From positions 1,470,001-1,502,000 of the forward strand of contig NC_016012.1 in the NCBI RefSeq assembly GCF_000283555.1: 32,000 bases of DNA. The letters run 5' to 3'. The notes below the pieces were generated by a model. It was not told where the DNA came from. It searched no databases and worked only from the letters and a program-made list of their open reading frames with translations. How positions within the stretch are numbered: position 1 is the stretch's first letter; the number at the start of each line of letters is the position of its first letter. Position numbers and translations under genes: made by a program. Shown in pieces: positions 1-9,047 of this stretch. The stretch comes from Candidatus Arthromitus sp. SFB-rat-Yit. Its GTDB lineage: Bacteria > Bacillota > Clostridia > Clostridiales > Clostridiaceae.

Positions 1-211
1 TTTCGACTGATATAACTTTCTTTGCTCTTAAAATTAGTTTCTCTGTTAAAGCACCAAATCCAGGTCCAATTTCAATAATAACATCATCTTGTGTAATACA
101 TAGTTCATCTAATATTTCATTAAGTAAATTATCATTGTTAAAAAAATTCTGTCCTAATGATCCCTTAAATAGAAACCCATACTCCCTCTGTAATTCTCTA
201 ATATTTGTCAT
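1..211 (-). CDS. rsmA: 16S rRNA (adenine1518/1519-N6)-dimethyltransferase RsmA/KsgA, N-terminal ~70 aa only (runs off the window at position 1)
   Basis: Hand translation from the ATG at 209-211 (minus) gives MTNIRELQREYGFLFKGSLGQNFFNNDNLLNEILDELCITQDDVIIEIGPGFGALTEKLILRAKKVISVE. This contains the KsgA GQNF motif and the EIGPGxGALT SAM-binding loop. It overlaps the rnmV stop by 14 nt. The order tatD-yabE-rnmV-ksgA matches the known B. subtilis order. Confidence 0.85.
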   Translation of the reverse strand, partial: MTNIRELQREYGFLFKGSLGQNFFNNDNLLNEILDELCITQDDVIIEIGPGFGALTEKLILRAKKVISVE

Positions 212-758
212 TTATTATCTCCTCTAACTTTTCTAATGAAGATCTAAACATTTCCCTAGATATGTTAAAACTATTTAACCTAGATAAAAATTTTTTTCCA
301 TTAGATATTCCAATTCCTAAAATATCTCCCAAAATCTCTCTACGTTTCAATGAATTTTTATTCCCTACAAGTTTGTTATCAAATAAATCCTTTTCTGTGA
401 ACTCATTTCTCTTATAGTTTAACTCACATTTTGCATTTTCTAAAGCTGAAATTATATCTTCAGGCTTAGCATTTTCAACTCCTATATCACCATTTTTAGT
501 ACTTTTATCTCTTGCTATATAAGCATGTTTAACACCCTTTATATTATCTGCAATTTTCTTTCTTATCCTATCACCTGCAGAATCTGAGTCCATAAGAAGT
601 ATAACTCCACATCTTTCTTGTGCGTTTTTAATCAAATTCATAGTTTTTTTGGATATACCAAATCCAGATACATATATAACTTCAGCATCAACTCCACGCT
701 TAACTGCAATTTCATCACATATACCTTCAACTACTATAACTTCCTTAATTTTAATCAT
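198..758 (-). CDS. rnmV: Ribonuclease M5 (Toprim-domain 5S rRNA maturase)
   Basis: 186 aa. Toprim-type N-terminus (IVVEGICDEIAV ... LLMDSDSAGDRIRKKI). Lies directly upstream of ksgA, as in Bacillus and Clostridia. Confidence 0.85.
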   Translation of the reverse strand: MIKIKEVIVVEGICDEIAVKRGVDAEVIYVSGFGISKKTMNLIKNAQERCGVILLMDSDSAGDRIRKKIADNIKGVKHAYIARDKSTKNGDIGVENAKPEDIISALENAKCELNYKRNEFTEKDLFDNKLVGNKNSLKRREILGDILGIGISNGKKFLSRLNSFNISREMFRSSLEKLEEIINDKY

Positions 759-825
759 TAAATATCCTCCCCTATAATAAAAAATGCTACAATACTTAAA
801 ATAAATATTATAGCAAATTTTAAAA

Positions 826-1881
826 CTATTCTAATATATATATTCTTATTCCTTTTTTTCTTCCCCAATTATACGCAGCTTCTCTACTCGGCATAAAAAC
901 ATCTATTATATCTCCCTTTATAGCTCCTCCAGTATCGTGAGCTATGGCAAAACCATACCCCTCAACATATACTTTTGTATTAAGAGGTATAACTTTTGGA
1001 TCAACCGCAATAGTACTCCATCCAGCAGGATTATAAACCGTTGGATTTCCTGTAGCTGTTATGTGATTGCCATTAGATCCACTATTATAAAAAGCGGTGG
1101 ACTCTACTAATTTAGAATACTTTATTAAATATTCTTCACCTAAAAACAGTATTTTTTCTCCATTTAAATGTAAATTAGAAGAGTTTTGTTCTATATATTT
1201 AACACTTCTACTCTTCGTTCCTTTTTCAATTACTTTATCAATGGATTGATCTTCTATACCATCATAAATAATATTACTACTAACTTCAATATTGTTTTCA
1301 TAACGTTTTTCAGTTTTAATAAGTCTTATTCCATTCTTACCTTCTTGGATTAAGTTTTCTTCATCTATATATAAATCATCATTATATATAGTCTTAACTT
1401 CAAAAGGAATTTCTATTCTATCTTCATTGATTTTTATATCAACATATTTAATAAAAATCTCTTCATCTGGAATAATGTAACTATACAAAGATGGCTCAAC
1501 TATATCATTATCATCTATCTTTATTTCTCTCTCTTTCAATAGATCTTCTATAGTTTTGGATGTTGTCATAATTTCATATGGGTCATTATTCCCTAAATAT
1601 AAAACAACCGGGAATGGATTATTTAAAACACCCTCATCTTCATATTCTGTATTAAAAACTCTTGATGGTTCTAATGCCTCCGCCCTATTTTGTAAGACTG
1701 TACTATTTTCTGTTAACATATCTCCAACTTCATTTTCTGCTTTATATGTTGAAATCTCAATTCCATCGACAACAAGTATAACCGGCTTGTTCATATAAAT
1801 AACTAAATAAAATAATATAACAAAAATTAACAAGCTAGCTAAAGAAAACAGCACAGTCTTTATCGACCTTGATTTTACCAT
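826..1881 (-). CDS. YabE-like cell-wall protein: N-terminal membrane anchor, G5-like region, C-terminal 3D domain
   Basis: 351 aa. TM helix TVLFSLASLLIFVILFYLVIY. C-terminus ITATGNP...STIAVDPKVIPLNTKVYVEGYGFAIAHDTGGAIKGDIIDVFM is typical of the 3D (RlpA/MltA-like) domain. Sits between tatD and rnmV like B. subtilis yabE. Confidence 0.7.
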   Translation of the reverse strand: MVKSRSIKTVLFSLASLLIFVILFYLVIYMNKPVILVVDGIEISTYKAENEVGDMLTENSTVLQNRAEALEPSRVFNTEYEDEGVLNNPFPVVLYLGNNDPYEIMTTSKTIEDLLKEREIKIDDNDIVEPSLYSYIIPDEEIFIKYVDIKINEDRIEIPFEVKTIYNDDLYIDEENLIQEGKNGIRLIKTEKRYENNIEVSSNIIYDGIEDQSIDKVIEKGTKSRSVKYIEQNSSNLHLNGEKILFLGEEYLIKYSKLVESTAFYNSGSNGNHITATGNPTVYNPAGWSTIAVDPKVIPLNTKVYVEGYGFAIAHDTGGAIKGDIIDVFMPSREAAYNWGRKKGIRIYILE

Positions 1882-1911
1882 AATTCCCCCCTAATAAAAC
1901 CTTAATATACA

Positions 1912-2679
1912 TTATAAACTTAAAAATTTTGATGCATTTTTATATAACGTATCCCCAATTTTATAGAAGTCTTCATTTTTTACTTCAGCTATTTTTTTTA
2001 TAACATAATTTATATTTATTGATTCATTCCTTTTTCCTCTAAATGGTACAGGCGAAAGGTAAGGACAATCTGTCTCTGTTAAAAGATATTCAATTGGAAT
2101 TTCTTTTATTACTTGTACTATCTTAACAGCATTTTTAAATGTTGAAATACCTGATATACCTAAATAAAACCCAAGTTTAATCCATTTTTTTGCAGTTTCT
2201 AAACTTCCAGAAAAACAATGAATAACACCTCTTATTGGCATAAATTCCTTAATTATATTAAATGTATCTTCATGAGCATCTCTACAATGAATTACAACCG
2301 GCTTATCTAGTTGCTTAGCAATACTTAACTGATTTTTAAATATATCCTTTTGTATTTCCTTATCATCATCATAATAATAATCCAATCCTATTTCACCTAC
2401 TGCTAAAACTTTATGATGTTTATGAAATTTATACAAATCATCCTCATAATTTATTTTATAATAATATTTAGAATAACTTGGATGTATTCCACAAGCCCCA
2501 TATACGAAATCATATTTATCAATGATTTCAATCGTTTTTTTGCAAGAATCAATATCTACAGCACAATTTAATATTTTTTCCACACCACTATCAAATTGTT
2601 TTTTAATAACTTCATCCCTATCTTTAGAAAAACTTTCATCATAATAATGAGAATGAGTTTCAAAAATTTTCAAAGACAT
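1912..2679 (-). CDS. tatD: TatD-family metal-dependent hydrolase (YabD-like)
   Basis: 255 aa. N-terminal ETHSHYYD metal-ligand motif, EIGLDYYY, VVIHCRDA and TETDCPYL motifs of the TatD family. Confidence 0.85.
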   Translation of the reverse strand: MSLKIFETHSHYYDESFSKDRDEVIKKQFDSGVEKILNCAVDIDSCKKTIEIIDKYDFVYGACGIHPSYSKYYYKINYEDDLYKFHKHHKVLAVGEIGLDYYYDDDKEIQKDIFKNQLSIAKQLDKPVVIHCRDAHEDTFNIIKEFMPIRGVIHCFSGSLETAKKWIKLGFYLGISGISTFKNAVKIVQVIKEIPIEYLLTETDCPYLSPVPFRGKRNESININYVIKKIAEVKNEDFYKIGDTLYKNASKFLSL

Positions 2680-2812
2680 TTTATTGCTCCTTTCATTCTA
2701 TACATGATACAGTCATTACTTTTTGGTGTCAACTTGACAAAATTTGGATTTTATGATTGTTTTTATAATTATCCTAAGCCCCAAAATTTTTATGATAATT
2801 ATAAAAACAATA

Positions 2813-2841
2813 TTGACATAAATAAAATAATAGTATATACT
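2813..2841 (+). promoter_or_regulatory. Sigma-A-type promoter of the tRNA operon (TTGACA-17 nt-TATACT)
   Basis: TTGACA at 2813-2818, a 17-nt spacer, TATACT at 2836-2841. The first tRNA starts at 2859. Confidence 0.6.
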
Positions 2842-2858
2842 CTAGAAGGTAGTTAGTT

Positions 2859-2933
2859 GGCCCGTTGGTCAAGCGGTTAAGACACCACCCTTTCACGGTG
2901 GTAACACGGGTTCGATTCCCGTACGGGTCACCA
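2859..2933 (+). tRNA. tRNA-Glu (anticodon UUC), CCA encoded
   Basis: Cloverleaf folded by hand. Acceptor GGCCCGT/ACGGGTC, anticodon stem CCACC/GGTGG, loop CTTTCAC, T-arm GGGTTCGATTCCC, 3' CCA. Confidence 0.95.
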
Positions 2934-2951
2934 TTGTTAAAATATTTATCT

Positions 2952-3027
2952 GGGCGCATAGCTCAGCTGGGAGAGCATCTGCCTTACAAGCAGGAGGTCA
3001 CAGGTTCGATCCCTGTTGTGCCCACCA
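2952..3027 (+). tRNA. tRNA-Val (anticodon UAC), CCA encoded
   Basis: Acceptor GGGCGCA, D-arm GCTCAGCTGGGAGAGC, anticodon loop CTTACAA, T-arm AGGTTCGATCCCT, 3' CCA. Confidence 0.95.
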
Positions 3028-3032
3028 TTTTT

Positions 3033-3109
3033 GGCTCAGTAGCTCAGTTGGTTAGAGTGCCGGCCTGTCACGCCGGAGGTCGAGGGTTCGAGCCCCTTCT
3101 GAGTCGCCA
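3033..3109 (+). tRNA. tRNA-Asp (anticodon GUC), CCA encoded
   Basis: Acceptor GGCTCAG/CTGAGTC, anticodon stem CCGGC/GCCGG, loop CTGTCAC, T-arm GGGTTCGAGCCCC, 3' CCA. Confidence 0.95.
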
Positions 3110-3115
3110 TTTTAT

Positions 3116-3190
3116 GGCCCGTTGGTCAAGCGGTTAAGACACCACCCTTTCACGGTGGTAACACGGGTTCGATTCCCGTACGGGTCACCA
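3116..3190 (+). tRNA. tRNA-Glu (anticodon UUC), second copy identical to 2859-2933
   Basis: 75/75 nt identical to the first tRNA-Glu. Confidence 0.95.
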
Positions 3191-3200
3191 TAAACGTAAA

Positions 3201-3236
3201 AAAGAAGAAGGTAAAATTACCTTCTTCTTTTTTATT
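3201..3236. terminator. Bidirectional rho-independent terminator (tRNA operon on +, transketolase operon on -)
   Basis: Arms AAAGAAGAAGGTA (3201-3213) and TACCTTCTTCTTT (3218-3230). Flanked by an A-run on the left and a T-run on the right, so each strand reads a U-tract after the stem. Confidence 0.8.
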
Positions 3237-3247
3237 ATTATAATCTA

Positions 3248-4168
3248 CTATTTTAATAAATTTCTACACTTTTCAATTATCGTTTTACTTGTCATACAAT
3301 ATTTATCTAATAAAAAATTAACCGATCCTACTTCCCCAAAATGATCATTTACCCCAACACTATTTATCAAAGCTGGAGAATATCTACATGAAATCTCACA
3401 AATAGCACTATAAAGTCCACCTATAATATTATGATTTTCAACCGTAACAGCTTTTTTAGTTTTAAGTAATGAGTTCTTAATTGTGTCAATATCAATTGGC
3501 TTTATAACAGGTACTGATATAAGTTCTACACTTACACCCTCTTTTTCTAAAATCTCACTAGCTTTAATACACTCATTTACCATAATCCCAGTAGTAAATA
3601 TTGTAATATCTTTTCCACTTTTTAAAATATCAGCTTTATTTATGTCAAATTTATAATTATCATCATATATTTTAGGAATTTGTTTTCTAGCTATTCTTAT
3701 ATATATAACTCCTTTTTTATTTACAGTATTTAATAATACTTCTCTTAATTGAATCTCATCAACAACATCTATTATAGTTATGCCCGGTATGCTTCTTAAA
3801 ACCCCTATATCTTCAAAGCTCATATGAGTTCCACCATTTAATTCTGCGCAAACACCCGAATCTGTTGATATAATTTTTACATTTTGCTTTGCATAACACA
3901 TAGAAATAGCTATTTGATCACATATTCTTCTTGATGCAAATGGAGTAAATGTACATATATATGGATTCATACCATAAGCACTCATACCCGCTGCCATACC
4001 AGCCATATTAGCTTCACTTATACCAACATCAAAAGCTCTATCTTTATAAATTTCTCTAAGTTTCATAGTCCCATTAGCTTCAGCTAAATCTGCATCCATA
4101 AATACGACATTACTATTCTCACTCATAATTTCATTCATTGTATTAAATAATACCTGTCTCATTTCCAT
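3248..4168 (-). CDS. tkt: Transketolase, C-terminal (pyrimidine-binding) subunit of a split enzyme
   Basis: 306 aa. FDVGISEANMAGMAAGMS motif. Follows the N-terminal subunit gene after a 15-nt gap. Confidence 0.85.
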   Translation of the reverse strand: MEMRQVLFNTMNEIMSENSNVVFMDADLAEANGTMKLREIYKDRAFDVGISEANMAGMAAGMSAYGMNPYICTFTPFASRRICDQIAISMCYAKQNVKIISTDSGVCAELNGGTHMSFEDIGVLRSIPGITIIDVVDEIQLREVLLNTVNKKGVIYIRIARKQIPKIYDDNYKFDINKADILKSGKDITIFTTGIMVNECIKASEILEKEGVSVELISVPVIKPIDIDTIKNSLLKTKKAVTVENHNIIGGLYSAICEISCRYSPALINSVGVNDHFGEVGSVNFLLDKYCMTSKTIIEKCRNLLK

Positions 4169-4183
4169 AATTAAAAGCCTCCT

Positions 4184-5002
4184 TTATGATAATTCTTTAA
4201 TTGATTTTTCAAATTCATCTTCACTTAATCCCATACTATGATTTTTATATCCAACATTTTCAACTACAGAAACACCTTTACCTTTTATAGTATTAAGTAC
4301 TATAGCTACAGGATTATCTTGCTTTTTACCTTCACAAATAGCATTGTGAATTTCTTCAAAATTATGTCCATCAACACTTTTAGTATAAAACCCAAATGAC
4401 TCCCACTTTTTGTGCATATCACCCATATCTAGAATATCAACTAAATTACCATCTAATTGCATTTTATTATAATCGATAAATACTATAAGATTATTCAACT
4501 TAAACGCAGATGCAGCAATAGCAGCTTCCCAAACTTGACCTTCGTTACACTCTCCATCACCAACTATAGTGTATATATAACAATCATCCTTCTTAATTTT
4601 AGCTGATTTAGCCATTCCAACAGCACAACTTATCCCTTGCCCTAAAGATCCAGTAGTCATATCAATTCCATTTGTTTTATTCATATCGCAATGACTTGGA
4701 AGAGATGTATTTTCCTTGTTAAGAGTCATCAAATCTTTCTTATCTATATACCCTTTATCTGCAAGTACTGCATATAAAGCAGGTCCCGCATGCCCTTTAG
4801 ATAAAACAAGCCTATCTCTATTTTCCATTTTAGGGTTATTTACATCTATTTTCATTTCAAAATTATATAAAAGCACCAATGTATCTACTATAGATAAACT
4901 TCCTCCATAGTGTCCTTTCCCTAAATTATGAATCTCTTCTAACAACATCTTTCTTATTTCTTTAGATTTATTCTGCAATTTTTCCAAATCGTTACAATTC
5001 AT
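4184..5002 (-). CDS. tkt: Transketolase, N-terminal (TPP-binding) subunit of a split enzyme
   Basis: 272 aa. GHYGGSLSIVDTLVLLY, SKGHAGPALYAVL and GDGECNEGQVWEA motifs. Confidence 0.85.
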   Translation of the reverse strand: MNCNDLEKLQNKSKEIRKMLLEEIHNLGKGHYGGSLSIVDTLVLLYNFEMKIDVNNPKMENRDRLVLSKGHAGPALYAVLADKGYIDKKDLMTLNKENTSLPSHCDMNKTNGIDMTTGSLGQGISCAVGMAKSAKIKKDDCYIYTIVGDGECNEGQVWEAAIAASAFKLNNLIVFIDYNKMQLDGNLVDILDMGDMHKKWESFGFYTKSVDGHNFEEIHNAICEGKKQDNPVAIVLNTIKGKGVSVVENVGYKNHSMGLSEDEFEKSIKELS

Positions 5003-5035
5003 TTTAAATTACCTCCTATTTTGAAGTTCACATTC

Positions 5036-5833
5036 TTAAAATATGGGTTTTACAAAACCATTATATTTTACATTTATAAATTTAAAATTTTCATAGCTAT
5101 TTAAATAATTAGCAATTTCTTTAAGTTTTACTGATGTAATCATATCTTCTCTAGTTACAAAAATGTTAAATTTTAAATCATTATCAAATGATTTCTCATA
5201 AAATATACCAACCTCCTTAGGGTTTATATTATTTCCCATAGCAACATTTGTGTTTAAAACAATCAAGTCTGATTCATTAAAATAATATGGAACATCATTA
5301 ATATCAACTTGATTTATTATTAAATTTTTAGGATTATTTATAATAGTATACGATCCATCTAATTCTTCTGCTAGTGTAACAAACCCTGCATCTTCTAAAA
5401 GTTTTAAAGATCTATTTCTATTTATAAAATCACTTGGTATGTATACAATATCTTCATTTTCAACCTTATCAAGGGTTCTATATTTACTACTATAAATAAT
5501 TAAAGGTTCAACATGTACAGGAGTAATTTCTACAAGCTTAATTTCACTAGTTAAATTAAACCTATTTAAATATTCCCTTGTTTGAAAAAAATTAGCATCT
5601 AAATTTCCATCAACTAAATCTTTATTCAATTTATCTTGATCAACATAAGTTATTATATCGAAGTCTTCTTTAAATACATTTTTTATATTTTGTAAAATTT
5701 CCCCATAAGGTACACTTGTAACTCCTATTCTTATTTTTTTATCATTATCATCATTCAATACTAAATTAGATGAACATGAAGTAAAAATATAAATGAAAAT
5801 AGACATCAAAAATACGCCTAAAAATTTATTCAT
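5036..5833 (-). CDS. metQ: NlpA/MetQ-family substrate-binding lipoprotein
   Basis: 265 aa. Lipoprotein signal peptide ending in the lipobox FTSC. DGNLDANFFQTREYL matches the NlpA-family motif. No ABC permease or ATPase gene is adjacent. Confidence 0.65.
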   Translation of the reverse strand: MNKFLGVFLMSIFIYIFTSCSSNLVLNDDNDKKIRIGVTSVPYGEILQNIKNVFKEDFDIITYVDQDKLNKDLVDGNLDANFFQTREYLNRFNLTSEIKLVEITPVHVEPLIIYSSKYRTLDKVENEDIVYIPSDFINRNRSLKLLEDAGFVTLAEELDGSYTIINNPKNLIINQVDINDVPYYFNESDLIVLNTNVAMGNNINPKEVGIFYEKSFDNDLKFNIFVTREDMITSVKLKEIANYLNSYENFKFINVKYNGFVKPIF

Positions 5834-5867
5834 AAAGTCCTCCTAATTAATGCATACACTATAAAAT

Positions 5868-6365
5868 TTAAACACGTGATAAACCAAAATTAAATTTTAG
5901 TAAATTATATTTATTTGCTATAAATCTACAATTATCTATCATATTAAATATATTTTCTATAAAAATATCATCTGTTGCAGAAAAAATATTATTTTGTAAA
6001 AATTCATTATCTACTGTACCTAGTAAATCATTTAATAAATTAACTATATATTTTCTACTTAAATTACCAGAAGATAAATTTTTATTTATATTATCAACAA
6101 GAGATTTTATTCTAAATTTAACATTCATATATCCATCACGAATTTCTTTTATAGAATACTTACTTAGTATGTTAGTTTCCATATATTTGATATTTTCTTT
6201 AATAAACATATTTTCTAAATTATCTAAATCATTAAATATTTTTTCAACATCCTGTATGTACATATTTTTTAAGTTTCTTATATCTGATTTAAAGAAACTT
6301 AAAATTCCTAAAAATAAAATAATTACAATTAAAATCAAAAAATATTTATTAACTTTTATATTCAT
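5868..6365 (-). CDS. Hypothetical membrane-anchored protein
   Basis: 165 aa. A single N-terminal TM helix (YFLILIVIILFLGILSFF). No motif I recognise. Confidence 0.5.
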   Translation of the reverse strand: MNIKVNKYFLILIVIILFLGILSFFKSDIRNLKNMYIQDVEKIFNDLDNLENMFIKENIKYMETNILSKYSIKEIRDGYMNVKFRIKSLVDNINKNLSSGNLSRKYIVNLLNDLLGTVDNEFLQNNIFSATDDIFIENIFNMIDNCRFIANKYNLLKFNFGLSRV

Positions 6366-6399
6366 GATCCCCCCTAAATAAACATATATCCCTCCAAAA

Positions 6400-6408
6400 A
6401 TTATACCA
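6400..6408 (-). promoter_or_regulatory. Extended -10 element (TGGTATAAT) for the 5868-6365 / metQ / tkt transcription unit
   Basis: The reverse complement of 6400-6408 reads TGGTATAAT, about 35 nt upstream of the ATG at 6365. There is no good -35. Confidence 0.45.
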
Positions 6409-6462
6409 TTTGTATTTAAAATAATAAATCAAAATATATAAATATTATTTATATAAATAAAA

Positions 6463-6492
6463 AATAACTATTGATTAAAATCAATAGTTATT
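6463..6492 (-). terminator. Rho-independent terminator after the SleC-like gene
   Basis: Perfect 12-bp arms AATAACTATTGA (6463-6474) and TCAATAGTTATT (6481-6492). On the minus strand a T-rich run follows (TTTTTTATTT). Confidence 0.75.
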
Positions 6493-6500
6493 TAGTAAAT

Positions 6501-7817
6501 TTAATACTTAATTGGAGATATTTTATCGATAGGACAATATGGAATAAATTCTGTTAATTCTCTACTTGATTGCCTAAGCTCAGCCATTTCTGTAACTGCA
6601 ACATAAATATTAGAAATAGCATACCAAGTATCGTACTCAACTATACCTGATATATTAACATTAAATATTTCTTGAAATTTTCTAACAGCATCTCTAGTAA
6701 CATTACCATATATACCATCTTCATAAACTTTAGGTATTGCTGGATAATTTCTCGAAATTACATTTAAATATTTTTGTATATTTTTAACATCAGAACCTTG
6801 ACTACCAACTCTTAAAGGGTATCCAGGATAAGATATTGGTATACCTTTAACTTCTTTCGCTGTTACCAAATCCAAATTTGTACCATAAAAATTCGTTAAT
6901 ATTTCATAAGGTGTATATCCCTGATCTGCTAAATATTTACTCCCCCACTGTGTCATCCATCCAGGACATTTTACTTTACTTCCATCACAATACTGTGACA
7001 ACAAAGGCTGTTTAGATCCTGGTCTTCTCATATACGTCGTAAAAATTTCATCAACAATATTTGATATATTCTTAAATATATTTCTTCCATAATTAAATGC
7101 ATGATCATACGCTGTAGAATTTGTTATAGTAAAATCCTTACCTTTACCTCTATACCATTCTGTATATACCCTATTTAGAGTAAATGATATTATCGCATAT
7201 ATATTAGCTCTTATAGCATTCGATGGCCATGTTGAATATATTTCACAAGATGCTACATTTTTTATATATTCAGAATATCTTACTGTATAATCAGTACCTA
7301 TAGAGTTCGGTGATCCTGTATGAACCGTAATAAATTCTGGAACTACAACTTCTGATAATACAACCTGACCTGTCGATTGAGAAATGTCCTTCTCTTCTGG
7401 TTCTGGTATTTTAGGTGGATAATTACCATAAAGTGTATTTGATTCTATGTTAATTTCTTCAACTTGTCTATAAATTGATTTATTCCTATTAATCGCACTT
7501 AAATTAACAGGCTGAATTGCTTCCTCATCTCCAAATAATTGACACCCCTTTATAAATGTTTCATTAAATCCATCTCTGGAAACAACTATATCACATAACC
7601 CATATGGTCTTTCAGTTTCATACTCATTTAAAGATAATTCTATGGGCGGTGTGACTATCCCATCTAAAATAGCTATACCCGAATCATTTGTTTTTAAATA
7701 AACAACTTCTTTAACCATATTATCTTTATCATATAAAGTAATACTAACATTCGCATTATCTACTGGTTCAGGATTATTATTCATATAAGTTTGAATTTTT
7801 AAAGATCCTGTAGACAT
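6501..7817 (-). CDS. sleC: SleC-like spore cortex-lytic enzyme (pre-pro form) with a C-terminal peptidoglycan-binding domain
   Basis: C-terminal PG_binding_1-type motif (GSDVKNIQKYLNVI...EDGIYGNVTRDAVRKFQEIFNVNISGIVEYDTWYAI). The central block YSTWPSNAIRANIYAIISFTLNRVYTEWYRGKG...LLSQYCDG is one I associate with clostridial SleC. The ORF-track start is 7841, but AGGAG lies 5 nt upstream of the ATG at 7817 (MSTGSLKIQ...), so I prefer 7817. Confidence 0.65.
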   Translation of the reverse strand: MSTGSLKIQTYMNNNPEPVDNANVSITLYDKDNMVKEVVYLKTNDSGIAILDGIVTPPIELSLNEYETERPYGLCDIVVSRDGFNETFIKGCQLFGDEEAIQPVNLSAINRNKSIYRQVEEINIESNTLYGNYPPKIPEPEEKDISQSTGQVVLSEVVVPEFITVHTGSPNSIGTDYTVRYSEYIKNVASCEIYSTWPSNAIRANIYAIISFTLNRVYTEWYRGKGKDFTITNSTAYDHAFNYGRNIFKNISNIVDEIFTTYMRRPGSKQPLLSQYCDGSKVKCPGWMTQWGSKYLADQGYTPYEILTNFYGTNLDLVTAKEVKGIPISYPGYPLRVGSQGSDVKNIQKYLNVISRNYPAIPKVYEDGIYGNVTRDAVRKFQEIFNVNISGIVEYDTWYAISNIYVAVTEMAELRQSSRELTEFIPYCPIDKISPIKY

Positions 7818-7872
7818 AAAAACTCCTAAAAAAGTATTCATACTTAAAACTATTCTTAAAAATTAATAAAGT

Positions 7873-8238
7873 TTACTTGTTTTTCCTAAAATAATCTCTT
7901 TCTTGTTTAAATTCATCAAATAAATATGATATTTGCATATTTATTGATGTTTGTGTTGTTGTCGCAAATACTATATTTTTACTTAATTTTTTTTTGAGAA
8001 TTTTCAAATATATATCTATTTCTTTAGATACAATATTTTGAAATATAATCACTTTATCAAACCTATTATATTCCCCATCTATATTAAATTTTTCGTTTTC
8101 TATTACTTCTCCTAATGTTTTATCGAAATCATTATCATCAAACGTTATATATTTTATATTACTACTAATAAATTTTAATATATTTTTCATTTTTAATATT
8201 TCATCTTCTAAAAATCCGTATAATATAAATTTTTTCAC
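7873..8238 (-). CDS. Small conserved hypothetical protein (possibly DUF3783-like)
   Basis: 121 aa. The N-terminus KKFILYGFLEDEILKMKNIL resembles small clostridial proteins of unknown function. Its start codon is separated from the murI stop by only 1 nt. Confidence 0.4.
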   Translation of the reverse strand: MKKFILYGFLEDEILKMKNILKFISSNIKYITFDDNDFDKTLGEVIENEKFNIDGEYNRFDKVIIFQNIVSKEIDIYLKILKKKLSKNIVFATTTQTSINMQISYLFDEFKQERDYFRKNK

Positions 8239-8239
8239 A

Positions 8240-9028
8240 CTATATCAACTCCCTTAATATTTTATAACAATATGAAACTTTACCATTATCTAAAGAATTA
8301 TATATATGAATTTTACTATTTGAATTACCTAACTCATTAGCTAAATTATTTTCTAAAAGTCTACGTTTGAGTTCCATAGCTGTTCCAAGTGATCCATCAA
8401 ATATAGGAACATCTTTACCAAAAATATTTTTAATTATATTTTTTACAAAATAATAATGCGTACAACCTAACACAATACAACTAACATTTCCTATATATCT
8501 ATATAATTCTGTATATAAATAATCAAAAATAACTTGTTCACTTTCATTCTGTTCAATCATATAAGCTAATCGATTAAGTGCAAAACATTCTATTTTATAA
8601 TGATTATATCGATTAACTAAACATTTAAGCTTATCCCCATTCACCGTAAATGGTGTAGCTAATAATAATATGTATCTATTTCTATTATTTAGATTAACAA
8701 ACTCTACTGCTGGTTTTATTGCAGGCTCTACTCCTATTATTGGTACTTTAGGCTCATACCTTTCTCTTAAAACTTTTATTGCCGCACTACTTGCAGTATT
8801 GCAAGCAACAACAATGGCCTTACAGTTATTTTCAAAAATCAAAAAATTGCATATCTTAATAGATAAATTAATTATTTCAGTTTGAGATTTACTCCCATAA
8901 GGAGAATTTTTAGAATCCCCAAAATAAATAAATGTTTCATTTTCTAAAAGTTTCATTGTTTTTATTAATACAGAAATACCTCCAATTCCAGAATCAAAAA
9001 AACCAATACTTCCACTCCTAAAATCCAT
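8240..9028 (-). CDS. murI: Glutamate racemase
   Basis: 262 aa. FFDSGIGGISV, the catalytic-Cys motifs VVACNTASS and LGCTHYYF. Confidence 0.9.
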   Translation of the reverse strand: MDFRSGSIGFFDSGIGGISVLIKTMKLLENETFIYFGDSKNSPYGSKSQTEIINLSIKICNFLIFENNCKAIVVACNTASSAAIKVLRERYEPKVPIIGVEPAIKPAVEFVNLNNRNRYILLLATPFTVNGDKLKCLVNRYNHYKIECFALNRLAYMIEQNESEQVIFDYLYTELYRYIGNVSCIVLGCTHYYFVKNIIKNIFGKDVPIFDGSLGTAMELKRRLLENNLANELGNSNSKIHIYNSLDNGKVSYCYKILRELI

Positions 9029-9047
9029 AAATAAAACCCTTTCGAAT

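Noticed and set aside
2774-3137. ORFs of 61 aa (minus) and 90 aa (plus) across the tRNA cluster
   Set aside because: They overlap four clearly folded tRNAs. The open frames come from GC-rich tRNA sequence.
2859-3190. Identical 75-nt tRNA-Glu copies flanking tRNA-Val and tRNA-Asp, considered as an integration site or mobile-element boundary
   Set aside because: Nothing foreign lies between or beside them: only two tRNAs, with no integrase and no partial tRNA duplicate. This is an ordinary tRNA operon duplication.
6374-6395. Three-codon mini-ORF (ATG TTT ATT TAG) with its own GGAGGG SD just upstream of the 5868-6365 gene
   Set aside because: The predicted TSS from the TGGTATAAT element falls within or next to that SD, so the mini-ORF may not have a functional RBS on the transcript. 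Such a short ORF is also easily produced by chance in AT-rich DNA.
5809-7841. Similar N-termini MNKFLGVF (metQ-like) and MNTFLGVF (ORF-track start of the sleC-like gene), considered as a repeated signal sequence
   Set aside because: In the sleC-like gene this stretch is probably untranslated leader, because it contains the AGGAG SD for the ATG at 7817. The resemblance is a short AT-rich coincidence.
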